Below, in pieces: positions 12,131 to 23,141 of a stretch of DNA of 64,000 nt; position 1 is the stretch's first letter; each line of letters starts with the position of its first letter. Source of the stretch: Rhynchopus sp. YZ270_cl-10. Taxonomy: Eukaryota. The stretch lies in NCBI GenBank assembly GCA_964035575.1, contig OZ037835.1, positions 1,736,001 to 1,800,000 on the forward strand, written 5' to 3'. The notes below the pieces were generated by a model that saw only the letters and a program-made list of their open reading frames with translations, ran no database searches and was not told where the DNA came from. A program made the translations under genes and the position numbers.

Positions 12131-13174
12131 TTCAAAAAGGAAAAGAGAGACTCATCTTCCGTCTGTCTTTCTTTTGCGTCGAGCTCGATCGAGCCGCGTT
12201 TTAGCACGTTTCAACGACTCTTGTTTGCGTATCATTTTGTTTAGTTAATTAGTTGTTTTTATTACTTTTTGTCAAACTGTTTTTTTTCCGTTTTTTGCAT
12301 TCTTCCCAGAACCTCTCTCTTCACAAAGTGTTTTTCCAATTTCCCACCTCCCCCCCCCAGGGATTCCTGCCGGATTCGGGGTTTTTCTCACAGGGGTAAT
12401 CATTCGGTTGCTGCAGACTTTTTCTGTGGCTCTCTGTGCTGCTTCCCTCTTGTCATAGCATACAGATTGGAAACCCCACCCGCTTCTTGTTATTTTCTCT
12501 TACCAAACTCTGTCTGTTTGGGTTGCTGAGTGATCTCTGTGGTGCGCGTGGTGAGGATTGTGGGTGTTGCTCCTGCAATGCAGGCTCTTTCTCAGGTGAC
12601 AGCATCCGCGACACCATCTTGCCAACCTTTTGCCATATCCTGGCGCCGCCGCGACATTGTGGAGCCCATTAGGGTGGGGACATGGCATTTGCATCGCCCT
12701 TTGTGCACTGCTTCCTGATGCCACCTCCTCTGTGAGTCAGCTTTTTCTGTCATTTCCTCGTCAGGTACTGTAGTTAGTATTGTCGTTTTTGGATCTTCTC
12801 TCAGTAACGTGGTGGCAGTCTCTGAGACTGTCTCCCGTTTGGAAGCGGCCTTCTGCTGTGCTGCTTGTTGTATCGTTGTCTGTGGTGGTCTGCTAGTAGT
12901 GGTTCCAGTAACATCCCCCTTTTGCGCACAACGCCAGATGTACTGTCCACGAGGCACGTTACTGCAGATGTTGACATGTGCTCTGCCGCTTGGAGTTCCT
13001 TCTGGGGCTTGCTTCAGGGAATGGCATTTTTTGGCTGCACGATACAATGGGCATTCCCTCGAAATGGGTTTCCTGAACGATTCTGCTTCCTCTCCGTCTT
13101 CCCAGAGCACACAAACAGGGATAGCACCAACCTCTCTGGGAACAAACACACAACACACATTTTGTTTCAGGAAG

Positions 13175-16100
13175 ATGGGATCCGGAGCGTCGAAGCCTGA
13201 AAAGGACGAGATTGCAAAGGGAATTACTGGGAAGGAGAGGCCCGTGGACGCAGTGGACAGCGTGGACGGGAGGACAATGCTGCACAGCGCCGTGCTTGCG
13301 GGGGACGTGGAGGCAGTGCGGTTTCTTGTGGAGAACGGGGCAGGGAACGTGCGTGACAGGGACGGGAAGGTGCCGCTGTGGTACGCACTGCAGCACAGGG
13401 ACGCGGATGTACGGGGGCGACTTGAGGCGGAGCTGGGGGTGCATGCAGCAGAGATCCTTGTGGAGGTGGAGGATGCTGTGCAGGTGTACCTCACTGACGG
13501 TGTCGCCACAACAACAGCAACAGCAGGTGTGGCGGTGGAACGGAGCAGTGGAGATGCAACGACAGCACCTCTTACTGACCCTCACATGGACATGGCGAAA
13601 GACACGAACACCTCGACTGGAGACAGCCACCTGGGAGAGGACGATCTTGACGGGGACACGGGTGCACTGCGGCACACAGACGGACGGAAGGTGGAGTGGC
13701 TGCGGAAAAAGGAGGACAGCAACAACAACACTCACACCAACAAGAACAGCAGCGGAGGTCAAGACCTGCTGTGCTGGCTGCGTGGTCTGCCAAAGGTGGA
13801 TCCGCCGTTGGGCTACACAGACGAACACGTGCGGCACATGGAGGCGGGGTTCCGTGTGGTGTGCAAACGTCTGCTGGAGGACATGAGAGGACGGAGGGAG
13901 GCTGCCAGGACACGTGGTGGGCACGTGGAGGTGGACGACTGGATGGCGGCACGCGACCCGTTTGAGCTGCTGCTGTCGGGGTTCCTGTTCACGTCTGACT
14001 GTGTGGAGTATGTGCTGGACAGCGGCGGGGATGTTGTGTGCGATGAAAAGGGCACACCGCAGATTGCGAAAGGGTCTGACGGGAAGCTGCGGTACATCAA
14101 ACTGACGGAGCGGGCTGTGCTGGACAACCACGGGAGTGCTGCTGATGTGAAATCGCAGTCGCTTGCGCTGTACATGACGATGAACACTGCGATGCGTGCT
14201 GTGGGGCAGCTGCCTGCGGTGAAGGAGTGGAAGGGAACACCTGAGAAGACAGCACCGAATGTGTTTGAGCTGTCGCCCGCACCCCCGCAGCTGCACGTGA
14301 TTGCGACCTTTGCGCCGCTGATCCGTGGTCTGGACCGGCTGATTGGGAGCCGTCGGAAGCAGCTGCGGACTGTGTTCCGCGGGATCAATGTGAACGTGTC
14401 TGCGAAGTACGCGCTTAATACACACGTTGTGTGGAACTGCTTCACGTCGACAACACTGAAGCGGGATGTGGCTCGGAGCTTCATGTACGGGAAGGGGGGC
14501 ACGTTCTTTGTGGTGGTGGCGAAGGAGGGTGCTGCAGACGTGAAGTTCTCGTCTGTGTATGCTTCGGAGGACGAGCTGCTGTACACAGCGAACATCGAGT
14601 ACCGGGTGCAGTGGAAGCTTTCGCCGACACTGCTGCGGATGATGGGGCTGCGCTTTGACGTGATTGTGATGCAGGAGGTGTGTGTGGGTGTGGGGGAGAC
14701 GAGTGCGGCTGAGCAGGTGGGTGCACTGCAGGAGGTGATGGGACACACAGTCGCGTTCTTCAAGGACTACCTTGCGCAGTACGTGGAGGGGCGTGTGGGG
14801 GACGACACACGTGTGGATGAGTCGGAGACACGTCCGCTGATGGAGGAGGTGCGGAGGTGGCTTCGTGAACGTGGAGGTGGAGGTGGAGGTGGGAAGCAGA
14901 TGTCTTCCGTGTGCACACAGGCAGCAGCGGGCACAGAGCGCAAGCCTGATGTGGATGCGAGAGAAGAAAGACAAGGGACGTGTGGTGTGCTGTGTGTGAT
15001 CGGAGAAGGAGGGAGCGGGAAGACGTCTGCTTCGATTGCAATTCTGAGCGACCTTGCAACGTCTGCGAGGAAGAGCGAAAGCACCAGCAACGAAGACACA
15101 GCGACAAACAGAAACAGAACCAGCGTGACTGCGGATGCGGATGCGGATGCGGATGCGGATGCGGATGCGGATGCGGATGCGGATGCGGATGCGGATGCGG
15201 ATGCGGATGCGGATGCGGATGCGGATGCGGATGCGAAGCCGTACTTCCCTGTGTTTGTGGCGCTGCCGACTGTGAAGCAGCACCTGCTTGAGAAGGGAGG
15301 GCTGGACAGGTTTGTGCTGGAGTCGTTTGCGCTGCGGGAGGCGGACCGTGCGTACCTTGCGGAGACGTACGAGGTGGTGCTGGTGCTGGACTCGCTGGAC
15401 GAGGTGGGGCTGACGCAGGAGGATGTGGGTGCTGTGGTGGCTGAGGGTGGCCTTCTGTGCCGGCATCCGTGGGTGGAGGCACACTGCAGCGTTGTTGTGA
15501 CTGTGCGTGGTGAGTACCTGAAGGGTGTGGATACGTCTCCGTCTGGTGTGTGTGGGGCTGGTGTGCGTGCTGTGTACATGCAGCCGTTCACAGAGGTGGA
15601 TGCGAGAACGTACATCGAGCGTGCAAACACAGCCTGGGAGAAGGAACACAAAGAGGAGAAGAAGGATGGAGAGCGCACACTCTTCGTGCGTGAGGAGGAC
15701 GTTGAAGGACTTGTGCAGCTGCGGAACCCGTTTGTGCTGCACATGGCGTGCCACGCACAGTGCAGCGGGAAGGCTTCTGAGGAGGTGATCTACGAGACCT
15801 ACCTGGAGACGTGGACAAAGAAGGAGATGGCGTCTGGTGGAGTTGCTGTTGCTGTTGCTGTTTCGGATGTGTCTTTGGAGGATGTGGTGCGTGCAGGGGA
15901 GCTTGTTGCATGCAGGATGCTGGAGACAAACGAGTGGCAGGGGACTGTGGGTGTGGTGTCGCAGATTCTTGATTCGCAGCACGATGTATGTGCGGCTGTG
16001 CGGGATGCGTGCTTCCGCTGCCTGCCGTTCCGGATTGAGGACTTTGGGGAGGAGCGGAGTGCGTTCACGTTCCGGCACAAGTCGCTTGGGGAGCACCTTG

Positions 16101-18484
16101 CAGCACGGCGGCTTGCACGTGACCCAGCAGGGACACTGGGGACGCTGGTGCAGCGGAGCTTCAGCAAGGACTCGCAGCGTGTGCTAGAGTTCTTTGCGGC
16201 GCTGGTGTGTGGAGACAGTGTGCTGTACGAACGTGCCTGCACAGAGCTGCTTGCGGCTGTGAAGGCGACACGCGGCAGTGCAGGTGCAGGTGGAGATGGG
16301 GAGGGTGCTGTGACAGCAGGGTCGAATGCAGCAGCACTGCTGGCACGTGCACGCATCCCTGTGAGTGGGGAGGACCTGAGCGGGATCCGTGTGTCGAACT
16401 GCGACCTGCGCGGGTCTCTGTTTGTGGAGACGGCTCTGACGGGCGCTTCCTTCTCGAACTGCTGGCTGGAGCACACTGAGTTCCACACCTGCGACATGGG
16501 TGGCACGATGCTGCCTGACTGCTCACTTGGCACACCACTTCCTGTACTGCAGCATGGTGCCGATGATGTAGCAGTGACACCTGATGGCAGTCAAATGGTG
16601 ACAAGTTGTAAAGACGGCAGTGTGCATGTGTGGAGCATGTCTTCTGGGGAAGAAGTGAGAGTCTGGAAAAGACATTCGCGTCAGATCAATGGAGTGGCAA
16701 TAACACCTGATGGAACCCGCGTAGTTTCGTGCTCTCACGACAAAACTGTGCGTGTGTGTGATATGCACACTGGGGAGGCAGTGTTCGTCTTGGAAGGCCA
16801 CGAAGGTAAGGTGGAAGAAGTGGCAGTCACTCCCGACAGTTCTAAAGTTGTTTCAACTTCTCGTGATGACGGCATCCGTGTGTGGGATCTCTCGACGGGG
16901 ATGCAAGTGCTGGCAATAAAGTCGCCTGGCATTCGCAGCATGGTTATTACCAAGGATGGAAGTCACATAGCGACGTGCTCTGCGAAGCAGCTGTGCATAT
17001 GGGATATGGTGACGGGGAAGCAGGAGATGCAGTGGGCTTGCTGTGCGGTGTCTTCGCATCGACTGGCAGTCACTCCCGATGGATGCCACGTTGTTTCGTG
17101 CTATGATGGCGCACATCTTTGGAACCTCTCGACTGGGGCAGAGGTGATGGTGTTCCATGCCGACGCTAAGTTGACAGCAGTGGCAGTCACTCCCGATGGA
17201 CGTCACGTGGTTGCTGGATCCGGCAGTGGCACTGTGCACGTTTGGAGCATTTCGACTGGGAAGGAGGTGACGGTGTTGCAAGGACACAGTGAAATGGTGA
17301 AGACAGTGGCAGTAACACCAGATGGATGCCACGTGGTTTCATGCGCCAACGACAGCACTGTTCGGGTGTGGAACATCACGACGGGGAAGGAGACACCAGG
17401 TTTCGAAGGACTTTCAGGCCGGTTTGCGGCAGTGGCCCCTGATGGATCTATCATTTCGTACGGTGGCAAGAGGGACTCCATCTGGAACGCATCCACCGGC
17501 AGGCAGACACAGGTAGTTGAAGGACGAATAACTCCAAAATATAATGGTAGGACAAGAGTATTACGATATGCTACTGAGGCTGTGTCCCCAGATGGGTCTC
17601 ATGTAGTTTATTGCTCTTGCGACGACGCTGGCAAAACGAGAGCGTGTGTGTGGGACGTTGCGACGGGGAAAGTGCAGCCTATGTGCACGGATTCCAGTGA
17701 GTTTGCGGTGTTCTTGAAACAGTGTGGAACACTGATTTTCTTGGCTTTGTCTCCCGATGCATCTCACGTGGTGACCTGTTCACCGTCTTCAGTGCGGACT
17801 TCACCGGAGGAAGACGCTTGGTGCATGTACGTGTGGAGCATGCCGACTGGGAAGAAGGTGTCAGAATATGCAGGAACTACTTGCCGTCCCGAAGGAGTGG
17901 TAGTGAGTCCTGATGGAGTGCATGTGGTTTCCTACTTTCCTGAACTAAGCATCACCATGTGGAAACTTGATACTGGAGAAGAGACAATGGTGTTCAAAGG
18001 ACATACTTCTTATGTCGCCGGCGTGGCCGCGACTCGCGATGGATCTCGTCTTGTTTCTTGCTCTTTCGACAAGACGGTGCGTGTGTGGGATGTTGCCAGC
18101 GGGAAGGAGGTCTTCACCTTGGAGCACGATGCACGCGTGTACGGCGTGGCACTGACACCTGATGAAGCTCACGTGGTGTCGAGTACGGACAGTATGAGCA
18201 TGTGGAGCATGACCACTGGTGAGCAGGTGGCAGTAATGACGCCACATTGTGTGTTGCACAGCGTTGCTGTGAGCCCTGATGGACGTGAAGTGGTCTGCAG
18301 TAGCCGTGGCAACACTGTGCGCGTGTGGGGCATCTGCATTGGGGAAGACGGGACGATTGATGGGTTGCAGATGAAGAGAGTGATCGGTGTGCCCCAAACA
18401 GTTCCTCGTACATTTGGCTGTCGCAATGCCGATGCTGTGGAACCTGAACTTGCGAGATTGATTATTTGTGCTGCTGAGAAATGA
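13175..18484 (+). CDS. NLR/STAND-like protein: N-myristoylation motif, ankyrin repeats, ADP-ribosyltransferase (R-S-E type), NACHT NTPase, pentapeptide repeats, 14 WD40 repeats (~1769 aa)
   Basis: MGSGAS start after TTTGTTTCAG; ANK GRTMLHSAVLAGDVEAVRFLVENGA; ART VFRG...FTSTT...SEDE; Walker A GEGGSGKT; Walker B VLVLDSLDE; DLSGI/DLRGS/ALTGA/SFSNC pentapeptides; 14 xPDG-type WD40 blades. Confidence 0.88.
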   Translation: MGSGASKPEKDEIAKGITGKERPVDAVDSVDGRTMLHSAVLAGDVEAVRFLVENGAGNVRDRDGKVPLWYALQHRDADVRGRLEAELGVHAAEILVEVEDAVQVYLTDGVATTTATAGVAVERSSGDATTAPLTDPHMDMAKDTNTSTGDSHLGEDDLDGDTGALRHTDGRKVEWLRKKEDSNNNTHTNKNSSGGQDLLCWLRGLPKVDPPLGYTDEHVRHMEAGFRVVCKRLLEDMRGRREAARTRGGHVEVDDWMAARDPFELLLSGFLFTSDCVEYVLDSGGDVVCDEKGTPQIAKGSDGKLRYIKLTERAVLDNHGSAADVKSQSLALYMTMNTAMRAVGQLPAVKEWKGTPEKTAPNVFELSPAPPQLHVIATFAPLIRGLDRLIGSRRKQLRTVFRGINVNVSAKYALNTHVVWNCFTSTTLKRDVARSFMYGKGGTFFVVVAKEGAADVKFSSVYASEDELLYTANIEYRVQWKLSPTLLRMMGLRFDVIVMQEVCVGVGETSAAEQVGALQEVMGHTVAFFKDYLAQYVEGRVGDDTRVDESETRPLMEEVRRWLRERGGGGGGGKQMSSVCTQAAAGTERKPDVDAREERQGTCGVLCVIGEGGSGKTSASIAILSDLATSARKSESTSNEDTATNRNRTSVTADADADADADADADADADADADADADADADADADAKPYFPVFVALPTVKQHLLEKGGLDRFVLESFALREADRAYLAETYEVVLVLDSLDEVGLTQEDVGAVVAEGGLLCRHPWVEAHCSVVVTVRGEYLKGVDTSPSGVCGAGVRAVYMQPFTEVDARTYIERANTAWEKEHKEEKKDGERTLFVREEDVEGLVQLRNPFVLHMACHAQCSGKASEEVIYETYLETWTKKEMASGGVAVAVAVSDVSLEDVVRAGELVACRMLETNEWQGTVGVVSQILDSQHDVCAAVRDACFRCLPFRIEDFGEERSAFTFRHKSLGEHLAARRLARDPAGTLGTLVQRSFSKDSQRVLEFFAALVCGDSVLYERACTELLAAVKATRGSAGAGGDGEGAVTAGSNAAALLARARIPVSGEDLSGIRVSNCDLRGSLFVETALTGASFSNCWLEHTEFHTCDMGGTMLPDCSLGTPLPVLQHGADDVAVTPDGSQMVTSCKDGSVHVWSMSSGEEVRVWKRHSRQINGVAITPDGTRVVSCSHDKTVRVCDMHTGEAVFVLEGHEGKVEEVAVTPDSSKVVSTSRDDGIRVWDLSTGMQVLAIKSPGIRSMVITKDGSHIATCSAKQLCIWDMVTGKQEMQWACCAVSSHRLAVTPDGCHVVSCYDGAHLWNLSTGAEVMVFHADAKLTAVAVTPDGRHVVAGSGSGTVHVWSISTGKEVTVLQGHSEMVKTVAVTPDGCHVVSCANDSTVRVWNITTGKETPGFEGLSGRFAAVAPDGSIISYGGKRDSIWNASTGRQTQVVEGRITPKYNGRTRVLRYATEAVSPDGSHVVYCSCDDAGKTRACVWDVATGKVQPMCTDSSEFAVFLKQCGTLIFLALSPDASHVVTCSPSSVRTSPEEDAWCMYVWSMPTGKKVSEYAGTTCRPEGVVVSPDGVHVVSYFPELSITMWKLDTGEETMVFKGHTSYVAGVAATRDGSRLVSCSFDKTVRVWDVASGKEVFTLEHDARVYGVALTPDEAHVVSSTDSMSMWSMTTGEQVAVMTPHCVLHSVAVSPDGREVVCSSRGNTVRVWGICIGEDGTIDGLQMKRVIGVPQTVPRTFGCRNADAVEPELARLIICAAEK
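15131..15234 (+). repeat. In-frame (GCGGAT)n microsatellite encoding poly-(Ala-Asp) inside the NACHT domain
   Basis: About 17 perfect hexamer units between Walker A and Walker B. Confidence 0.95.
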
Positions 18485-19254
18485 GCACACTTGCTCTTTG
18501 TGTTTGCCTCTTTTCCAAGACGAATGCAGTCTGAGTGACGAGCACGAATGGTGTTGACACTGCCTCGTGCGGTGGTGCCCTCATGCCACTGCGGGTGCGT
18601 TGTGCGAGGACAGAAGAGCGGCTTGTCGAGGTGTTACACTGACAGTGCACTAAGTGTGCTGTCTGTTCATATTCACACGTCTTTTCCAAGATGTGTTGCG
18701 ATTACACATGTGTTCTGTTCGTTTTGTGCATATTTACGTTGGATTTGAGTGAACATAGCACCTGCAGACTTGCTTGTTGTATTTTCACCACCACGCATGC
18801 TTTGACCACTTGCTTTTTGTCACACACTGACACTTCCACATCTGTACACTATAATTCAGTACGGACTTTACTAAAGGTCTCCCAAGTATAAGCTCAGCAG
18901 TTTTATGTAACAGCTCACCCGCTGTGTAGTCAATGAAGTCCTGCATGGTGCTGACGAGGCCCTTCACCTCCTCCACCTGCCAATGTGAGAGGCTTCAGAT
19001 CATCCCATGAGCCTCATTCTTATCATCAGCACCCTCACGACGCTTCACTACCTACGGCGCAAAAGGGCACTTTACAGTGTTCCCCACCCGAGGCTAATCT
19101 TACTAATGCAGTCCTGTTGAAATAGGAGAATATGTATGCACAATCCACGTTCACTTTCTTCCCTCCCCTAACGAAATACCCTCACTAGGCACCAACCACA
19201 TCACATCCTCACATCCCCAGACACTCTCTTCCCTTTTCTGTACACCTCAGAACA

Positions 19255-21879
19255 ATGGTGTCATGCGGGATCCAGTCGCTGACAGTGCTGCTGTGTGTGG
19301 TGCTGATTCTGTCGACAGGTGCGATCATCGGTGGCTTCACTCTGACAACATGGGACGACCTTCTGGAGAAGGCACGTGACACAGGTGACGAAGGCTTTGG
19401 GATGTGTCTCGACAGTGGTACGGCGGACATTGAAACGGTCTCGGCACGCTACCTGCGCTCCGTCCTTGGCAACGTGGACACGGCAGTGAAGGAGTTCTTG
19501 AAGGTGCCTGAGCAACTGGTGCTTTCTATGGCCAACCTTGCGAACGCGCACCACCCAAACATCAGCACGAGCCCCGCCTTTGCGGATACGGTGCTGCGCC
19601 CTGCTTTTGTCTCCGCTTTCCGCGCTGGGGCGTCGTCTGGATTGGAATTCATGGCGTACGAAACGTACCCGTGGTCCCCAGCACATCCTGTTCCGTGGCA
19701 GCCTGGGGACGGGTTTGCAGGGTGGGGTTCCCGGATTGCGTTTAAGTATGTAAGTGCTAGCAGCGGTATCCTTCCGACGAACGGCACCCAGGTCCTCCTG
19801 GTGTACGACATGCGTGACCGTGCGACGGGGGCGCTGGGTATATCTGACTGGGTCTCCTTCGCGGAAGCCACGAACAGAGGTGATACCAGGTTCCCGCATC
19901 AGCCGTGCAATCACTGGCCGGACTACAACAAGAACGAGGTTCGTGGTCACTGCATGTATCCTATCGTTGCAATCGCACCCCCTGGCTCGGTAGGCCAGCT
20001 AGCCCGTGGCAAGCAGATCTACAACCTGGGTGCCAATGACCCACCCCTGTACCCCCAGGATACACTGATCTACACAAACGTAAGGGTGGAATGGAGCATT
20101 ATGTACTGGGAGCTGAGCTACACCTACACCCACCCAGAGATGTACACGATGTACCCCAAGCAGGGCAAGCGTGTGGGTGTCATCAGATCTATGGTGACCG
20201 GGTCCGGGGTAACCGATGCGGTGAACGCACAGCTGCTCCCAGACGACACGTCGCTGTACCTGGTGGAGTACGATCGTGTGTCAGACACAACGGGAACGCT
20301 TGTCGCGTACAACAGAGGAAGGCATATTTCGTTCGAAATGCGTCTGAATGGCGTGGGCGTTCTAACTCCGTTTTCAGTGAGCTTCAACATCACGAACCAC
20401 TCAATGGAAGACGCCACGTCACACATCCCCTCAGTGATTGCAGAGCACGGGCGGTTTGTGTTCACACACCCACAGAACTACAGAGACCTTGTGGAGATGA
20501 CAGAGGACTCCTTCCTGAAGTGGTCTGACTCGAATGGCACGGAGTACTGGACAATCGCAACGACAATTGAACACAAAACGATCAAATTATTTGCGAACCT
20601 TCTTGTGCCGAGAGAGTCCGTGATGGAGACAATTGATGCGTCGACGAATGCAATCCGTGCGAAGGTGGCATCAGATCTGTCCTCTGCAGACGCACAGAAG
20701 GAGGATGCGGTGATTGTGATGGTGGTTGTGACGGTCATTGCGATCACGGGACTCCTGGCCATTGCTGTTGTGTTCACACGCTACATCACGTCACCTCTGC
20801 TGAAGCTTGGGAGTGAGATGGCAAGTGTGGCTGTGATGGACCTGGAGGCTGTGGACACAGGCCGTGCAGTGTCGCAGCTGAGTGAAGTGGGGATGATGCA
20901 GCGCAGCTTTGTTACCATGGTGGCAAACCTGGTGGAGTACCGGAACTACATGCCGCAGAGTGTGCTTGTCAACGACAGTGATAACAATAAGGACGTGTCC
21001 GAGACGAAGTCTTCCACACAGGATACGAAGTCGCAGTCAGGCATGTCTGCTTCAGGTACGTCGCAGTCACAGAGTTCAGTTGCTGTTATGCAGAACCAGA
21101 AGGCACTGCTGCGTGTGGAAGGGATGAAGAAGAAGAAAGTGTCGCTGGCACACATGAACGTCGTGTCGTGGCACGCCTTCATCAAGAAGCACAAGGACGC
21201 AGAGGTGCTCTCCGCACACGGTGGTATTGTGGAGCACATCATGTCAGCAGTGCAGCACAACAAAGGTGTGTGCGACACGTTCGCAGGGGACAAGATGCTT
21301 GCCACCTTCAACGCCTTTGTTCCGAAGCCTTCGCACAGTGTTGCCTGTGTGAAGGCTGCACACGAAGCAGCAACAGCACTTGGCGATGTGCACAAGATCT
21401 CGTACGGGTGCACGACAGGCGAGGCACGTGTCGGGAACATGGGCTGCAACGGGATGAAGAAGATGTCGATTCTTTCGCAGTCCATGTCGTGGGTGGTTGT
21501 CCTTGAGCGTTGGAACAAGGAGCACAACCTGCCTGGTGTGGTTGACCGTGCTGTGTCGCGTGAGGCGGAGGGACAGGTGGTACTGCGTTGTTCTGGTGCG
21601 ATGCTGTACGAGAAGCTGAGCGAGAAGGTACAGACCGTGTTTACCGTACGTGGGCTGTGCAGCAGTGCAGACGAGGAGTGGATGTACCAGCTGGAGTCTG
21701 CCGCAAACAACCCGCACACACTGTGGAACGAGGTCTTCGAGCACATCATCAAACAGGACTTTGAGAAGGCGTCTTCTCTGCTGGACACCGTCGCTCAGGA
21801 CCAACGCACACAGTACGAAGAGCTTGCCGGCTATGTGCGGCAGAAGGCTTATGCACCGTACGTTGTGGTCATGCACTGA
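19255..21879 (+). CDS. Receptor-type adenylate/guanylate cyclase-like protein, paralog 1 (TM - ectodomain - TM - HAMP - degenerate class III cyclase), 874 aa
   Basis: N-terminal hydrophobic segment; second TM VIVMVVVTVIAITGLLAIAVVF; HAMP ITSPLLKL...SEVGMMQRSF; cyclase-like KGVCDTFAGDKMLATFN and GEARVGNMG. Confidence 0.82.
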   Translation: MVSCGIQSLTVLLCVVLILSTGAIIGGFTLTTWDDLLEKARDTGDEGFGMCLDSGTADIETVSARYLRSVLGNVDTAVKEFLKVPEQLVLSMANLANAHHPNISTSPAFADTVLRPAFVSAFRAGASSGLEFMAYETYPWSPAHPVPWQPGDGFAGWGSRIAFKYVSASSGILPTNGTQVLLVYDMRDRATGALGISDWVSFAEATNRGDTRFPHQPCNHWPDYNKNEVRGHCMYPIVAIAPPGSVGQLARGKQIYNLGANDPPLYPQDTLIYTNVRVEWSIMYWELSYTYTHPEMYTMYPKQGKRVGVIRSMVTGSGVTDAVNAQLLPDDTSLYLVEYDRVSDTTGTLVAYNRGRHISFEMRLNGVGVLTPFSVSFNITNHSMEDATSHIPSVIAEHGRFVFTHPQNYRDLVEMTEDSFLKWSDSNGTEYWTIATTIEHKTIKLFANLLVPRESVMETIDASTNAIRAKVASDLSSADAQKEDAVIVMVVVTVIAITGLLAIAVVFTRYITSPLLKLGSEMASVAVMDLEAVDTGRAVSQLSEVGMMQRSFVTMVANLVEYRNYMPQSVLVNDSDNNKDVSETKSSTQDTKSQSGMSASGTSQSQSSVAVMQNQKALLRVEGMKKKKVSLAHMNVVSWHAFIKKHKDAEVLSAHGGIVEHIMSAVQHNKGVCDTFAGDKMLATFNAFVPKPSHSVACVKAAHEAATALGDVHKISYGCTTGEARVGNMGCNGMKKMSILSQSMSWVVVLERWNKEHNLPGVVDRAVSREAEGQVVLRCSGAMLYEKLSEKVQTVFTVRGLCSSADEEWMYQLESAANNPHTLWNEVFEHIIKQDFEKASSLLDTVAQDQRTQYEELAGYVRQKAYAPYVVVMH

Positions 21880-21929
21880 GATTGCTTGTTCTTGGGACTC
21901 GCTGTGCGCGACAAAACTGTGCGTGAACT

Positions 21930-22057
21930 TTGGCATGACCACTGGTGAGGAGGTGGCAGTGATTCGGGCATTGTCGTGGGTACAGCATTGCTGTGTCCGC
22001 GATGGATGCAAAGTGCTGTGTGATTGCGATGACAAGACTGTGCGTGTGTGCAGCATG
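21930..22057 (+). pseudogene. WD40-coding fragment homologous to the last blade of the NACHT gene, located in the cyclase 3' flank
   Basis: CATGACCACTGGTGAG.AGGTGGCAGT...TTGCTGTG...GATGGA...ACTGTGCG.GTGTG matches 18208-18330. Confidence 0.7.
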
Positions 22058-23141
22058 AAAAAATGTTTGGGTTGAACAAGATAAGATTGCGTTACTTTTA
22101 TCGAACACATTTTATTCTCCACCCCGTACCCAAAACGTAAACACCACTTTTGAATAAGAATATTTTTTTATAAGCCAAAAATTTGGAGCGTTTTCCGGGG
22201 GGGGTAATCGCGCTAAATCGGGTGTCATCGGCCGTCATCGGGCGTCATCGGGTGTCATCGGGCGTCATCGGGTGTCATCGCAAAAGTGGGCTTTTTTTGC
22301 TGGAACGGGCCAGTATGAGAGGAACATGTTGCCTCGCCACACATCCCGATGAACTCTTGACGCAGCAGGAACAAAGATCTCGTCGTACCTGTATGTGTGT
22401 AGAGTGATGATGAGAGCACAAAATTATTTCTGCTGTGGTATTACGTGCATGATTTCAAATTGGCGTGTCATCCATGCGCGAGTGTAGCATCCGTTTACTA
22501 AAATAATTTGTTGTGTGTTGGGTGAGTGTGACATTGTGAGGGTGTGACGTGTGGGTGCGTGCAGATCATTTAATTAATTACAATACCCCGGGCCCCCCCG
22601 ATTTTTTTCTGCACTGACTGAGAAACAGTGGAGAGCAGCACTGTGCAGGACTGTGCGCGATGACCTGACGCGCCGTTGGGAGAATTGCACGGGAAAGGAG
22701 TAAGGAGTTGCTGCACATCGATGCGCACTCCTCTTGGAACACCCGGAAGACAAGAGTACAAGCACCCTCCTCACCTTCATCGAAGATAACTGCACTCAGG
22801 TAGACATACGTGACATGGTCGCGATGGGGGCGATTGTACGCGACTGGGAGGTCCTCAAAGCAACACGCCCACCACACATCTCAGGCAGAGCTCATCTCGA
22901 AAGCTACATGACTTCGGGAAAAGAAACACCACTTGGTGTGGCGCCCTAACCGATTCCCCGTGTTTCTACCAGTTGTCATGCTGATAAGGGGGGTATACCG
23001 GTGTTGGAAAAATATTTTGTTTTCGTTGGTGAAGCTTTTAAACGCCGGTATTTGCATTTCCGGAATCCGTCCGGCCAGTGGTGGGGTCAATTTTCCGAAA
23101 TGGACAAGTTCTCGTTTTTGGTCAATTTCTGCACAGAACAC

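Noticed and set aside
12809..13174. 122-aa N-terminal extension of the NACHT ORF
   Set aside because: Non-ATG start; a better ATG at 13175 follows an acceptor-like AG and gives a myristoylation motif
12959..16096. 1045-aa minus-strand ORF and similar antisense or alternative-frame ORFs (e.g. 44208-46073, 44244-46946)
   Set aside because: Shadows of GC-biased or repetitive plus-strand genes
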